Assembly: GCF_006345805.1 (NCBI RefSeq)
Contig: NC_042999.1
Coordinates: 172,856,001-172,920,000, forward strand
Direction of reading: 5' to 3'
Length of the DNA stretch: 64,000 nucleotides
From: Octopus sinensis
Lineage: Eukaryota
Part shown: positions 52,336 to 64,000 of the stretch, piece after piece
How the letters are laid out: each line of letters starts with the position of its first letter
Position numbering within the stretch: position 1 is the first letter of the stretch
The notes under the pieces: generated by a model
The model's input: the letters and a program-made list of their open reading frames with translations, nothing else
Told to the model about the DNA's origin: nothing
Databases searched by the model: none
Translations under genes and position numbers: made by a program

Positions 52336-52358
52336 GTATATGTACATGCATATATACA

Positions 52359-52401
<43 letters not shown>

Positions 52402-52409
52402 TATATATA
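52130..52409. repeat. (TA)n/(TG)n compound microsatellite
   Basis: Directly visible. Confidence 0.95.
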
Positions 52410-52411
52410 CG

Positions 52412-52565
52412 CGACAACCTTCTTGCAGTTTCCGTCTACCATATCTAATCACAAGTCTTTGACGGGCCCGAGGCTATAGTAGAAGACACTTGCCCAAAGT
52501 GCCACACAGTCGATACCATGTGGTTGGTAAGCAAGCTAGTTATTCCACAGCCACTCCTGCGTCTA
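52412..52565 (-). mobile_element. tRNA-derived SINE family B (5' part)
   Basis: Minus strand gacgcaggagtggctgtgg...gcttgcttaccaaccacatgg...gggcaagtgtcttctactatagcc; same head as 55868. Confidence 0.85.
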
Positions 52566-53094
52566 TATACGACGATTTCGTTCAGTTTTTGTTTACCAAA
52601 TCTTAGTTTGGCTTTATTATCATAACTGTATAACACACGAGGCCAGATCAAACTCGTTAGTCCTTACTGCATTTACATGTGTGTGTATGTGTGCCTGTTT
52701 GTGTGTGTGTGTGTATGTGTGCCTGTTTATGTGTTTGTGTGCGTGTGTGTCAGTTCCTCAAGGTCATGTATTTGCACCTGGAATATCTTGCTTTGATCGT
52801 GTTGGCATAACACCACCATCCGTACCTGTAAAATCTCAAATCTGGGTGAGAGCTCCGCCTACAGTGGCTGCATTCGATGATACATCTTCTCGCCTTCTCC
52901 CGGCTATGTTTTACCAGCGATTTTCCACTTTTCTAATTATCTTTTCAAAGTTACCTTGCTTAGTTCCACTCCCCAACAGGTGGGGGTCACTGTCAATGTC
53001 TCCCTCTTTCTCCCTCTCTCTTTCTCTCTCTTATCTCCCTCTCTCACACACACACAAACATTCTTGCAATGAAGATACGGTTGTCAATGTGTTT

Positions 53095-53960
53095 CTTTTT
53101 GACGGCCAGTATGCCTTACACAGTGTATCTTGAGACCTTCCCATCATTGCAGTGGAATCAGGCAACTTGATAACTAGAAGCCCTGAGATTCCATCCTCGT
53201 TTAGAGTAGACGATAATCTTCTCACCACCGTATAAAAGTTTGCTTAGGATGCAATCTGTTTAGATCACAACCACCGTGTGCATCGCTAGTTTTCTGTCCT
53301 TCCAGTCTCTTGTTGTCAATCTATCTTCTGCAGATACTGCTCGTCTTACATGGCAGTGGATGTAAAGAGCTCTCCGAAATGGTGGAGCCGAAGCATGTAA
53401 ACTCGTGGAGTACAGCCGACTGGCTGATTTTGAAGGTCGTGATAAGGGAATACTGAGCACCTTGACCTTGCAATTCTGTCTTCTTCGCATTGATTGTCAT
53501 GCTGAAAGTTTGACAGGTTCTTGTGAAAAAGTCCATGAGGGGTTGTGTAGCCAGTGACCTTGCGTTAAGGAACGGCACGTATCTGATGACTATATCATGT
53601 ACTTTAGTATTAGTCGACGCCAAAGACTCGCTGAGGACTCTCCAGATTGATCTTTAACAAAAGATAAAATCTGGTGACGTTCTAAAATTATCATGGGTAA
53701 ACGGCGCCCTTTTTTTAATATATTTTTTTAATAGAAAGTGTGACAAAAATTACTTTGAATTGGCTCAGTAATCCGGTCCAAATGATGGCGAACTATGTCA
53801 CATGCAGCCCGCTTCTCAATAACGTTTTCCTGTGCCTCTGCCCAAGGTATGCTTCAGTATGAAGGTGAAGAAGATGCCGAGCATTGAGGATGCATACAGC
53901 CATGTCACCCTCTAGTATGCATCCAAAGGAAAGCCAACGAATTGAATGACACCAGCAGTA
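53095..53960 (-). mobile_element. RTE-clade (BovB-like) LINE RT remnant
   Basis: LGIFFTFILKHTLG; TKVHDIVIR..LMDFFTRTCQTFSMTINAKKTELQGQ..VLHEFTCFGSTIS; RLTTRDWKDRKL..CILSKLLYGGE. Confidence 0.85.
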
Positions 53961-54982
53961 TTACAGAGATAAATACATACACACACATGTATATATACAG
54001 GTGAGTATATAAACATACACGCAGCTTGTGTTTACTTTCAAAATAGGATTTTCAATAACAACCAAATGATTACATTAAACATTTAAAGAATTGGAAACCC
54101 ACTAATTTTCATAGTAATCACCATTTCATAACATTATTTCCGATTATAAAAAGTAGCCTGCTCTGTACTAACAAATCGGCAAACAGCAACGTTGCAAATT
54201 TTAAAATGTGAACCTTCGTGTAGCATGCTAAAACAAAATAACAAAGAAAACTACGGTAAAAACAGAGAATACCTATCTTACGTATACACACGCACACATA
54301 CAAACACACACACATATATATACACACACGCACACACACACATATACACATATATATCCTCTCGATTCACTTTTGGCCTGGAGTGATAAAATTCATTATC
54401 TCCGCTAGGAACCACTGTGAAAATAATGACTTTTGAAATGTACTATTTCTAGCTTTGCACGCAGATGTAATTTTGCTAACACGCAATCCTGAATAATCTA
54501 AGATTTCAAGCATTGAAATCCTGCCTGTCCCTTTAAAGTTATTACAGGGAACTGGAAAAGAAAGTGATTATTTGTGTTTGCGTTAAAACCTAACCATGAC
54601 CTCTTAAGATACACATATCATTGATTGGAACGAAAATGACTAATGGAAGTTTGAGATTAGTTATTCTCCCATTGAGTATGTTTAAAGAATGTTTTGATTT
54701 GTTACACATTTGGTGTTATTGCATTGTATTCCGTTTTGAAATAAAGTAACAATGAGTTCAGTATTGCAAAATAGCTTTTGCACATTTGTCTAACAAAAGT
54801 ATGTTTTATTTAAACTTACATGTTAACATTCTTGTCTCAGAAACAAAATTAACTGAATCGTGGGAAGAATTTACGCTTGCTGTAATGGTGTGTTTTTATG
54901 CCGATTTTAAAAAGTATACACACCAATATGCACATACATGTACATATCTATAAGTGTATGTGTATACATATATGTATATATA

Positions 54983-55039
<57 letters not shown>

Positions 55040-55044
55040 GTGTG

Positions 55045-55300
55045 TCTTAGTGGTTAGGCGTGTTAATCTCACGATAGTGACCTCGCAATTTCAACACCAG
55101 ATCCGCCTCGCGTTGTGCGCTTGAGCAAACCACTTCATTACACATTGCTCCAGTTCAATGTAGCCCTGCGACGGAGTAGCCTTCCGATAACGGGTAATGT
55201 TGGTTTACTTGCCAACCCAATAGGATTGAATCATTCGAAGTCTAAAACAATGCAAAGCACATTCTTACCAGCGATGTATAACAATATCTCACTCTTTGCT
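55045..55300 (+). mobile_element. Degenerate tRNA-derived SINE
   Basis: tagtggttagg head; gcgttgtgcgcttgagcaaaccacttcattacacattgctccagt core. Confidence 0.65.
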
Positions 55301-55516
55301 CACGGAATATATTTTAGTGTGTGTGCTGTGTGTACTTGTACGTGTGTGTGTGTGTGTGTGTGTGGTGTGTGTGTGTGTGTGTATTTATGTGTGTGTGTGT
55401 GAGGTGATGTGCACATCAGAGATGCTTTGTCCCGTGCAGGAACGGAAGGAGCTGCAGGTGTTACTCTAGCTCTTCTGGCAGTGACAGAAGTAATTGTGTG
55501 TGTATGTATATACATA

Positions 55517-55552
<36 letters not shown>

Positions 55553-55867
55553 TGTATGTATGTATGTATGTATGTATATGTATGTATATGTATATATATA
55601 TATAGCTCTCGGTCAGTTAGGATAACATGTTCAGGAAGCCCGCATAATGTGTAAATGCATATGTGAATAACAACTAATGACTCAGACATGCGTGGACATG
55701 CGGAGATAAATCTAAAATCCGCTAGAGCAGGCACGCCATATATCCTCCGCTTTTAATGAAGCACAGGAATCTATGGCAACGGCCGCACTGAGGTGAAGCG
55801 TTATATTGGACATGTGGAAGGAAAATTTCAAACCATATACAACAAGCAGCTTTGAAACTTTAGACAA

Positions 55868-56083
55868 CGGCGCAGGAGTGGCTGTATGGTAAGTAGCTTG
55901 CTAACCAACCACATGGTTGCGGATTCAGTCCCACTGCGTGGCTTCTTGGGCAAGTGTCTTCTGCAAAAGAGAACGATAGAATAAGTACTGGGCTTACAAA
56001 GAATAAGTCCCGGGGTCGATTTGCTCGACTGAAGGCGTTGCTCCAGCATGGCCGCAGTCAAATGACTGAAACAAGTAAAAGAG
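55868..56083 (+). mobile_element. tRNA-derived SINE family B, internally deleted
   Basis: ggcgcaggagTGGCTGTATGGtaag...ggattcagtcc (A/B boxes) joined to tail gaataagtcccggggtcgatttgctcgac...actgaaacaagtaaaagag. Confidence 0.85.
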
Positions 56084-56604
56084 TAACCCGAGAAGAGGCA
56101 TGTAGCAGCCATCTAGACATTAGTATGGAGTCTTAAGGACGAGAAAGTCAGCTACTACAGCAAATAAAAGAGCCTCTCTAAGATGAAACCTTACATTAAT
56201 GAGACATAAAAATGTTCCACACGGTTCGTTAAAATCTGTATCTTAAAAAAACTTAAGAACTTACAAGGACCGTATGGATACCAGCAGCGAGAATTTTTCT
56301 TTATGTCTGCGCTTAAGAAAAATAAATTAACGATATACTACTGGACACATTCTAGCGGTAGTCTAGGGTAATTTTCATATTCGTAAGACACTGGTTTTAT
56401 ATAAACTGTAAAGTCAATTATCTCACCTCTGTTTCCTTCTGTCGTTTTTTAAGTGCGTATGCTAATTCAAATTGTTGATTGTATGGACATGGAACGTAGT
56501 TAATTTAGCGTCATGTAGTTTCTGCCATATAAGATAAAATATCTTATTTCGGTCAGAAAATCACAGGCAGTCGTATTTCACAAAGTTTTGTAGTTTTTAC
56601 AATA

Positions 56605-56660
56605 ACAAAACAATAATAATGATAATAATAATAACAATAATAATAATAATAATAATAATA

Positions 56661-56708
<48 letters not shown>
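56605..56708. repeat. (AAT)n abutting (ATT)n (self-complementary microsatellite)
   Basis: Directly visible. Confidence 0.95.
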
Positions 56709-56709
<1 letters not shown>

Positions 56710-56960
56710 CTTGGATAATGGAACAGCAACTTTAACATCCAACTTATTTTTATTCTTATATTTCCCTTTATATTTTCTGTATCATTCCTTTTCCAAAATA
56801 TCTTATGTAATGAACTCTTCTATTTTCATCTATTGTAACTCTCTCATATCGTATCTGATGGTGGGAAATCTTTTATATCACTGAAACAGCTGTAAGACTA
56901 CCTTTCTTTTTATAAATGTCCAAGAAATATCACACTGCCTTCTTATATCAATTTATATAA
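56709..56960 (+). mobile_element. Penelope-like terminal remnant with degenerate hammerhead
   Basis: CTGATGG (56855) ... GAAAC-AGCT-GTA-AGAC (56883-56898), palindromic stem III ACAGCTGT, AT-rich tail. Confidence 0.5.
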
Positions 56961-57397
56961 CATATACACGCTCACACGGGACCCGTATTAAACTGCTCAC
57001 TGATATCATTATTGCACCGATAGCCTAACAACGGTCCTTCCTAGCATTTACATAGTCTTACCTGCCACCTTGGGTCTTCTGGATACTAAAACCTCTCATA
57101 TATACATAAATACATACACATATATATGTATATATATATTGGGCCAGCAAGCCCACAGAAATAGCTGTTGGACTCATAAAACTCTTATTCACATCCTTCC
57201 TTTCTGTGTAAGTCGGACTCCTTATATGTAAACGTATGTACATTTTTTGTATTAAATGTATTTAATATGTTTTTGTATATGGACCTGCCTAATTACATTC
57301 ACTCCTCTACCTGCTCAACGTCAAATTTCTTGAGCAATTCATAGTGTATTCTCTGTTTAGAGAATAACTGTCTCAGAGAAAGAGAGAGAGAAAGGGA

Positions 57398-57434
<37 letters not shown>

Positions 57435-57451
57435 AAGAGAAATATATCCAC

Positions 57452-59031
57452 GAAATTATTTCATGAGGTGTATAGGATCTCCTGGATTTAGCTGTATAGA
57501 ACACTCCTCCGTATTGGATTACTTTGTCGTATGATAGCCGGGTCTACTAGAGGAGCTCTATGTGATACATGATAATGGATAGGTAGGTAGGTAGGTAGGT
57601 AGTTAGGTAGGTAAGCTTCGAGAAGGTGATGATGGTTGTAAAAGAAATTAGTGATGATACAGAGTAATAATATTTGATGTTATTGCTTTCTTTCATCACA
57701 GCTAAATGTCACGACTATCAACTCCACAAGTACGACAAGTAATTATTTGTAATATAGAGACTATATTACAATCTCTATATACTGTACAAAAAGGGAGAAA
57801 GTAGAGGAAGATCGGGCGATAAAGGCAGTGATATTAACGATGCTCTTAATTTTATAGTAGGGTATGTGCCGAATTAGTCTAATCATTACAGCGGTTAGAG
57901 TTCAGTTTTGATATCAGACATTTTTTCTGTCATTCCTATCTTTCTCTAAGTAATTTGGCTCCCAAGTTTCTAAAATAATGTCATAATAATAAACAATTTT
58001 CACTAGAGATACTCAGCTGCACATGTGTGCCTCTTCGTGTAGTTTGTTTGCTAGACCAGGCTGTGGTAGGAGTATGAGCTCAAAGATTTCATAAAACATT
58101 TCAGTTACTTGTAAGTTATCACTTAAATGATTCTGACTATAGTGACTTCATTATATTTGTACCGACACTACGCTCTGCTTTCAAATTCAAATCATGCCAA
58201 AGTTAACGATACTTTCTCAGAGTGTAAGATTAGCGGAACTATTAGAGTCTCGGACTGGATGCGTTGTTATACTAGTTACGGCCTATTAGATGCCAATTTC
58301 TTAGATAACTTCGTTGACGAGAAGAAAAGCGACTGATATTCATGAACAATTGTTAAAAAAAAACACAAGCCTAGGCCTTCACACATTTTTGGAAATATAT
58401 GAACAACCCTGGATGACGAAGGCCTCCAGGTAGTGAATGTGGTTACATTGATCCCGAATGGGATCTACAACTATTTCTGCTTTGTTCGTTACTTTTCGCT
58501 GAATACTACATGGAAGATCATGTTAATGTTGCAGTTAGTTTTATTTTAGCTTCTTCCAGTGATCTTTATCGAATGCTTTGTTTACTTTACAGCTTTCATT
58601 TCTCTTTTTCATGTTTTATGTATAACTTATCTTGATGTTTAAAGTATTTACATGTGTTTTCCGTATCGCTTTTATATTTGTTCTATATTTCTATTTCGCT
58701 CTCAAAATCAAAGTCTGTTGTGAGAATGAAGTAAAGGTTAATGTTTATTTTATTTCTTCTTGCCCTTGGTTGCACATCGCATTTGAAAAGGTATTTCTTT
58801 GATTTAAAGTATCCGGCCCAAGTGTTTATGTTCTGTTCTATACATCACATTCTGAGTAGCATTTTCTGTACGACTTTCTGAATAGTGTGCTGTCTATAGA
58901 GTGAGCATATTAATAGTATTCGTTTACTGGAATCTCTGAACACTTGATTTAGATTAAAGTTGTAAGAATGTACTGCCACTTGGTAATATTCTATTGCTTA
59001 TTATTATACCATCGGATTTCTGTCGCCTTCC

Positions 59032-59073
<42 letters not shown>

Positions 59074-59153
59074 AATTATTTCATGAGGAGTATAGGATCT
59101 TCTGGATTTAAGTTGTATAGAGCACTCCTTCGTATTGGATTACTATGTCGTAT
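57452..59153. repeat. Pair of ~81-bp direct repeats (57452-57532, 59072-59153)
   Basis: gaaattatttcatgaggWgtataggatctYctggattta...cactcctYcgtattggattactWtgtcgtat, each following (GA)n. Confidence 0.88.
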
Positions 59154-61194
59154 TGGACTACTATTACTAAAATTGAAACCTATCGCTAACGTTCCCAACA
59201 TTTTGTTTCTTGAAATCAGTTTCTCTTAATACTTAATGAATTGGGTAACTTGGATTTCTTCGAACAACTCTGTTGCATGTGTTTTTTAATTTCCATATTT
59301 ACATCGTTAATTCAAATAGTTTAGAATGTACAACAGCATTTTTGCATATACTGCATATTTCGAAATCTACCTTATCCTGATTACCCACAACGCAGTTTCA
59401 AACTACGCACCACCTCTCATTTGGCATTTAAATTTAACTGAAAGACTGTGGTCCGCTACTTCTAAGTTACCTATCCCTGATAGTGCCTGTGCTTCTATCC
59501 TGACCCATCATTCACTGTTAAGGATGTAGATGAAATCATTTTAGGTATGTCGCTAGCACATCCAACATAGAAACCAATCTCATAAACAAAAATACACCTA
59601 GTATTTTAATTGTACATGCTTTCTTTCTATCTTTGTTTTTGCAAGCATATATTCCTATCGTTAGAAACTTACTTTAGAGTCCGAAAGACATGGCAGCTCT
59701 TAGTAGTTCCTACCACAGGGCTCATATCAGATCAAAAATGGCATACTGCCCAATGATCTAGAATGTTGTTCATGTAATCATAGACATCCTTGATTGCATC
59801 AAGAAAAGCACAACCAACTAATTCTCATGTAATTTATCCCGCTCCGAACACTAGCCTTCAGAGTGATAGTAGAGAGTTTTCTGTCCTTGTACAACCACTA
59901 GTCATGTCATTCCAATTCCCTAACTTCTCTCCACCGCTTTCCCATCTACTGTCTAGCATAATATATTCAAGCCGTGTTTCCCAGAACAGCGAACCTCTGA
60001 AGATCTCTTTCTGTCTATGTTTTTCCTAGTGTCGATTTGCAGTTGTTCAATAGAAATATGAAAAACGATAAGAAATTTATTTATGCGAAAAACTGTCAAA
60101 AGAGGATTAAGTAACCGTTTTTTTAAAGCACTTATGCAATAAAAACAGAAAGGTGACAGAAAATATTCTTATGTAAGTATAAGAATTCTACTGAAATAAT
60201 TCAGCTTTGCATAATTTCTAGACTGATACAATAAAGCTCTAAAATCTACATAACCGACTGTGTTCTTCCATAAAATATGTAGAGTGTTCCTAATTATCAA
60301 AGAAATGAATGTCATAATCATGCTACGATTGGCATTATCGTTAAAAGACCAGATTAAACAAAGCCCCCTGCAATCCTGAATTTCGGCACTTTTCATCATA
60401 AGTTAAAATTCTACCATTTCCGATATCGTTTTAGCCCTTCCTATAAAATAAGAGCTAATGAGATTCTGGTTCCGCTATTATAACTTTTAGCCTCTATTCA
60501 AGCTTATAATCTCTTGCCTGTGTTTCGAAAACCTTCAAATTTAATCTTATGTACATTTTAAAGTTTTTGAATCCAGTGCATTTGATGAAAGGAAAGTTAT
60601 ACTTACACATTGGATACCCACACTTTTCAAGTTGATTCAATAATTGGCTTACTTAATCCTTTTACAGATAATTAATTACTTTTAACTAACTTTGAAGATT
60701 TGCATAAGGGCTATATCCTTCTGAAAAATATTTTGAAGTTTTAAATATATTAAGCGATTGCTTGTAGATATTTTTATAACAATTATCAAAACCTGTGACA
60801 AAGTAGAATGAAAATATGTTAATAAGGAAAGATCACTCGAGCCAGAGAGCGAGAAAATATCAGGTAGAACGGTATGCTTAAGATAGAAGCCAAATCTTCC
60901 ACAATTACTGCTCTATATTCTTCAATAACACAAAGTAACGAAGTATTTTAAGATATTACACAGAATTGCATAATGCATATTTACTTCAACACGATCTTAT
61001 TTTATGATTCCAGATAGCTAATTTATTCAATATTCTTCTAATTCCATATTAACTGTTTGGTTTGTTCCTTTCGTAGGAGTTGAATCCTTACGTGTGGCAC
61101 CAATTGAAGGTAGGAATATTGACAACTGGTACTGCTCATGTTTTTATAGTGCTGTAGTATTTTATTATATACGTATTTCATATATATTACGATA

Positions 61195-61261
61195 TGTGAT
61201 ATATATATATATATATACCATATATATAATGTATATTGTTATATATATAAATGTATATGTG

Positions 61262-61300
<39 letters not shown>

Positions 61301-61323
61301 GTATATATGTATATATATATATA

Positions 61324-61396
<73 letters not shown>

Positions 61397-61460
61397 TACG
61401 TTTGTGCATCTGCATGTGTGTATGTATTTACATGTACATATATATGCACATATATATGTG
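61195..61460. repeat. (TA)n microsatellite
   Basis: Directly visible. Confidence 0.95.
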
Positions 61461-61996
61461 TTTGTGTGCAGCGAGTTAATTGATTATGCGAAAAAGTATA
61501 GTGTTCTAAAATTATTTAATTAGAATGCAATATATAATAATGAAATATATAATGTTATGTAAAATACATGTTACTTTGGGTTTCTTGCTAAAATTAGGAA
61601 TTATGCTCTTTGCCAAACAATTTGCTCAGTCTACAGACATTCAGAAATCAGAAATATGTTGTACAAGAGGCAAATAATTATGATATAAGTAAATGGTTTC
61701 ATTTTCTTAGTAACGGAATGAACACAAATCTGGGAAAAACGGATGAACATTTAAAATGAAGCAATACTTATAAAATAATAAAAGAAGTTATAACAATAAA
61801 AATTATTGTTAAATTCTATAATATGAAATTTTAAGAGGAATATGAAAAAAGTTGATTAGTTAGTTACTGGGTATACTAATAATTTATAATACATTCTATA
61901 TACGTGGAAATGAATACACATCGTCTGAGATTATAATTCATTATAAGCAATCTGTTTGCTTTATATATCTGTCAGCAGTGTACGCGCATTCATATT

Positions 61997-62127
61997 CTTT
62001 TCTACTCTTGGCATAAGACTCGACAGTACGCAGCTAGTACTTAATTTATCGACCACGAAAGGATAACAGGCAAAGTCAACGTAAGCATTTCCCCTGGCGT
62101 GCTAACGTTTTTGCCTGTTCGCTGCCA
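61997..62127 (-). mobile_element. Short, internally deleted family A SINE
   Basis: Head and core present; perfect 18-bp TSD tgtacgcgcattcatatt at 61979-61996 and 62128-62145. Confidence 0.85.
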
Positions 62128-64000
62128 TGTACGCGCATTCATATTAGGATGTATATACGTGTGTGCATTTTCGAGTACAACACAATTTATTTTCAGTCCA
62201 TATTATCTTCCATGATTTCAATATTTCATTATTTATTTATTTTACCTTTATTCATTATTTGCATTCCTTTAGTGTGGTGAACAGGCAGAGTCGTTAGACC
62301 ATCGCAAAAGTATCTCTTACACTATATTTTCAATGTCCTCATGTGCTGATATCAAATACCGCCGGGTTTAACTTTAGATTTCCTCCCTCAAACTGGGATC
62401 AAACAAACCTACTGTCAAGTGCCAAATCGGCAGTTCCGACTACGTTACCATCCACCATATTATACCTAAATCTGCAACAGTTATATTCGTACCCTATATT
62501 TCATGTTATTTGTTATAATTCTTTGTATTTAATTCTATACTTTGTTCATCGCAATTTTCTTCTCGTAACTAAAAATTGAAATACCTTATCACTTTTTGTC
62601 ACGCATAATAAAACAACTTAACTCTTAGTATTTTCCCTCACTCAAAATATATACTAGTTTGCAAACCGCAAGAAAATCGAAGCTATTTGACATTTTCTAA
62701 CTTTTCTAGATGCAGTAAAGTGTCTGAAGAATTGCTAATAGCAGCAGGAAACTTTGAGAATCAGATATATTTTATAAGATTTCAAGTAAAACGTTGCATA
62801 CATAAACACTCTTTGCATGTATACATGCATATATGTGAGTGTGTGTGTGTGCCTACATTGTGTATGTGTGTGTTGAGTTGTAACACTTGATATATTTCAG
62901 TGGCATTGTATTACAGTAGGTGGTAGCGTGACATAGTATAATGCAGTAGCGTAGAATTTAGAGACATTTTGTTAATAATGTGCCATCAGTATATTTGTAT
63001 TTCAGCAGAATTCAGTTCCTGTTTCATGACCGTAACTTCCTATCCTGATCATTTCTTATGGCAGGCGTATTTTCTAACATACTACTTTTCAGCAATGTTA
63101 AGCATGTCCTACTTTTTCGTAGCTCAGAAACTTACGCCTGTCACAATACTGTGTCTTAAAACACAAATGATGTCGTGCTCTTTAGCTATGAAAGCTTTAT
63201 TGCTCTGTCATTTTGATTAAATATATTCGACTAAACACGAGCTCACGAGCTTGTTCTAGAATAACAGTAAGATTACATTGACTTCAATTCACTTCACTTC
63301 ATTGCAATAAAAATATATTATTATTGACATTGTATTTGAAGACGATTTAGTCTATGTAACAGAGTATAAACGATGTGTGTGTGTCTCAGTCAGAGAGAAA
63401 TTGATTCACTTATATTTCGTCTGAGAAGTTAGGAAGGGAAATCAAAAGGATGATGACAAACTATCTACTGTCCATTTAAATACATACTTTCACACGCACA
63501 CACACAGGCACACACACAAACACACATTCTCACTCGCTCACGCACACACACGCACACACACAAACACATATACACACACAAATACATGCTTAGACACATA
63601 GAAATTTCATCAAAAGACAGTTTCCACATAGAAACAATGTTTATGTATGAAAATATGATTCGGAAAAATGAAGAGCCATGCCATCTACCTCTCTCACACT
63701 CTCTCTCTTTCTCTCGGTCTTTTTCACTATATTTTCTCTATATATCACATGCACCCTGCGCGCGCGCGTGTGTGTCTGTTCTAAAAGGATATACTTCAAG
63801 GTCTCTCTAACTTCACTGTAATATCGACAGGGAAAAATTAATTAATCGATAAGAGAATCAATTTAGTCCTTTTTTTAATTTTAATTACAGAGTTAATCAA
63901 CTGAGTGAAAAGTTATTTTAAACGTCGATTGCCTCAGACGGGCAATATCTTTTAATCGTGGAGACATCCTCATTCACTTCATAACTTTTTAATTCTAATA

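Overview
AT-rich, microsatellite-dense eukaryotic DNA. The SINE families, Dong/R4, Tx1, RTE, CR1 and Penelope remnants and the (TA)n/(AAT)n load suggest a coleoid cephalopod, most likely Octopus (inference from repeat content, not verified). Only one intact protein-coding gene is supported: an intronless two-HMG-box (HMGB-like) gene on the minus strand (13932-14531) with a TATA/Inr-like promoter and a poly(A) signal. The rest is transposon debris and simple repeats, with a 100-N gap at 19890-19989. Most notable: (1) several different type-I hammerhead ribozyme motifs in Penelope-like termini, one nearly intact (22257-22347); (2) a tRNA-derived SINE whose 3' tail matches the 3' end of a Tx1-like LINE in the same window; (3) a 174-bp ungapped, ~83%-identical inverted repeat with a 42-nt loop (36614-37003); (4) a ~530-bp non-coding element found only at (AAT)n tracts, near many Dong/R4 fragments. 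All alignments and translations were done by eye; element boundaries are approximate unless TSDs or TIRs are given.
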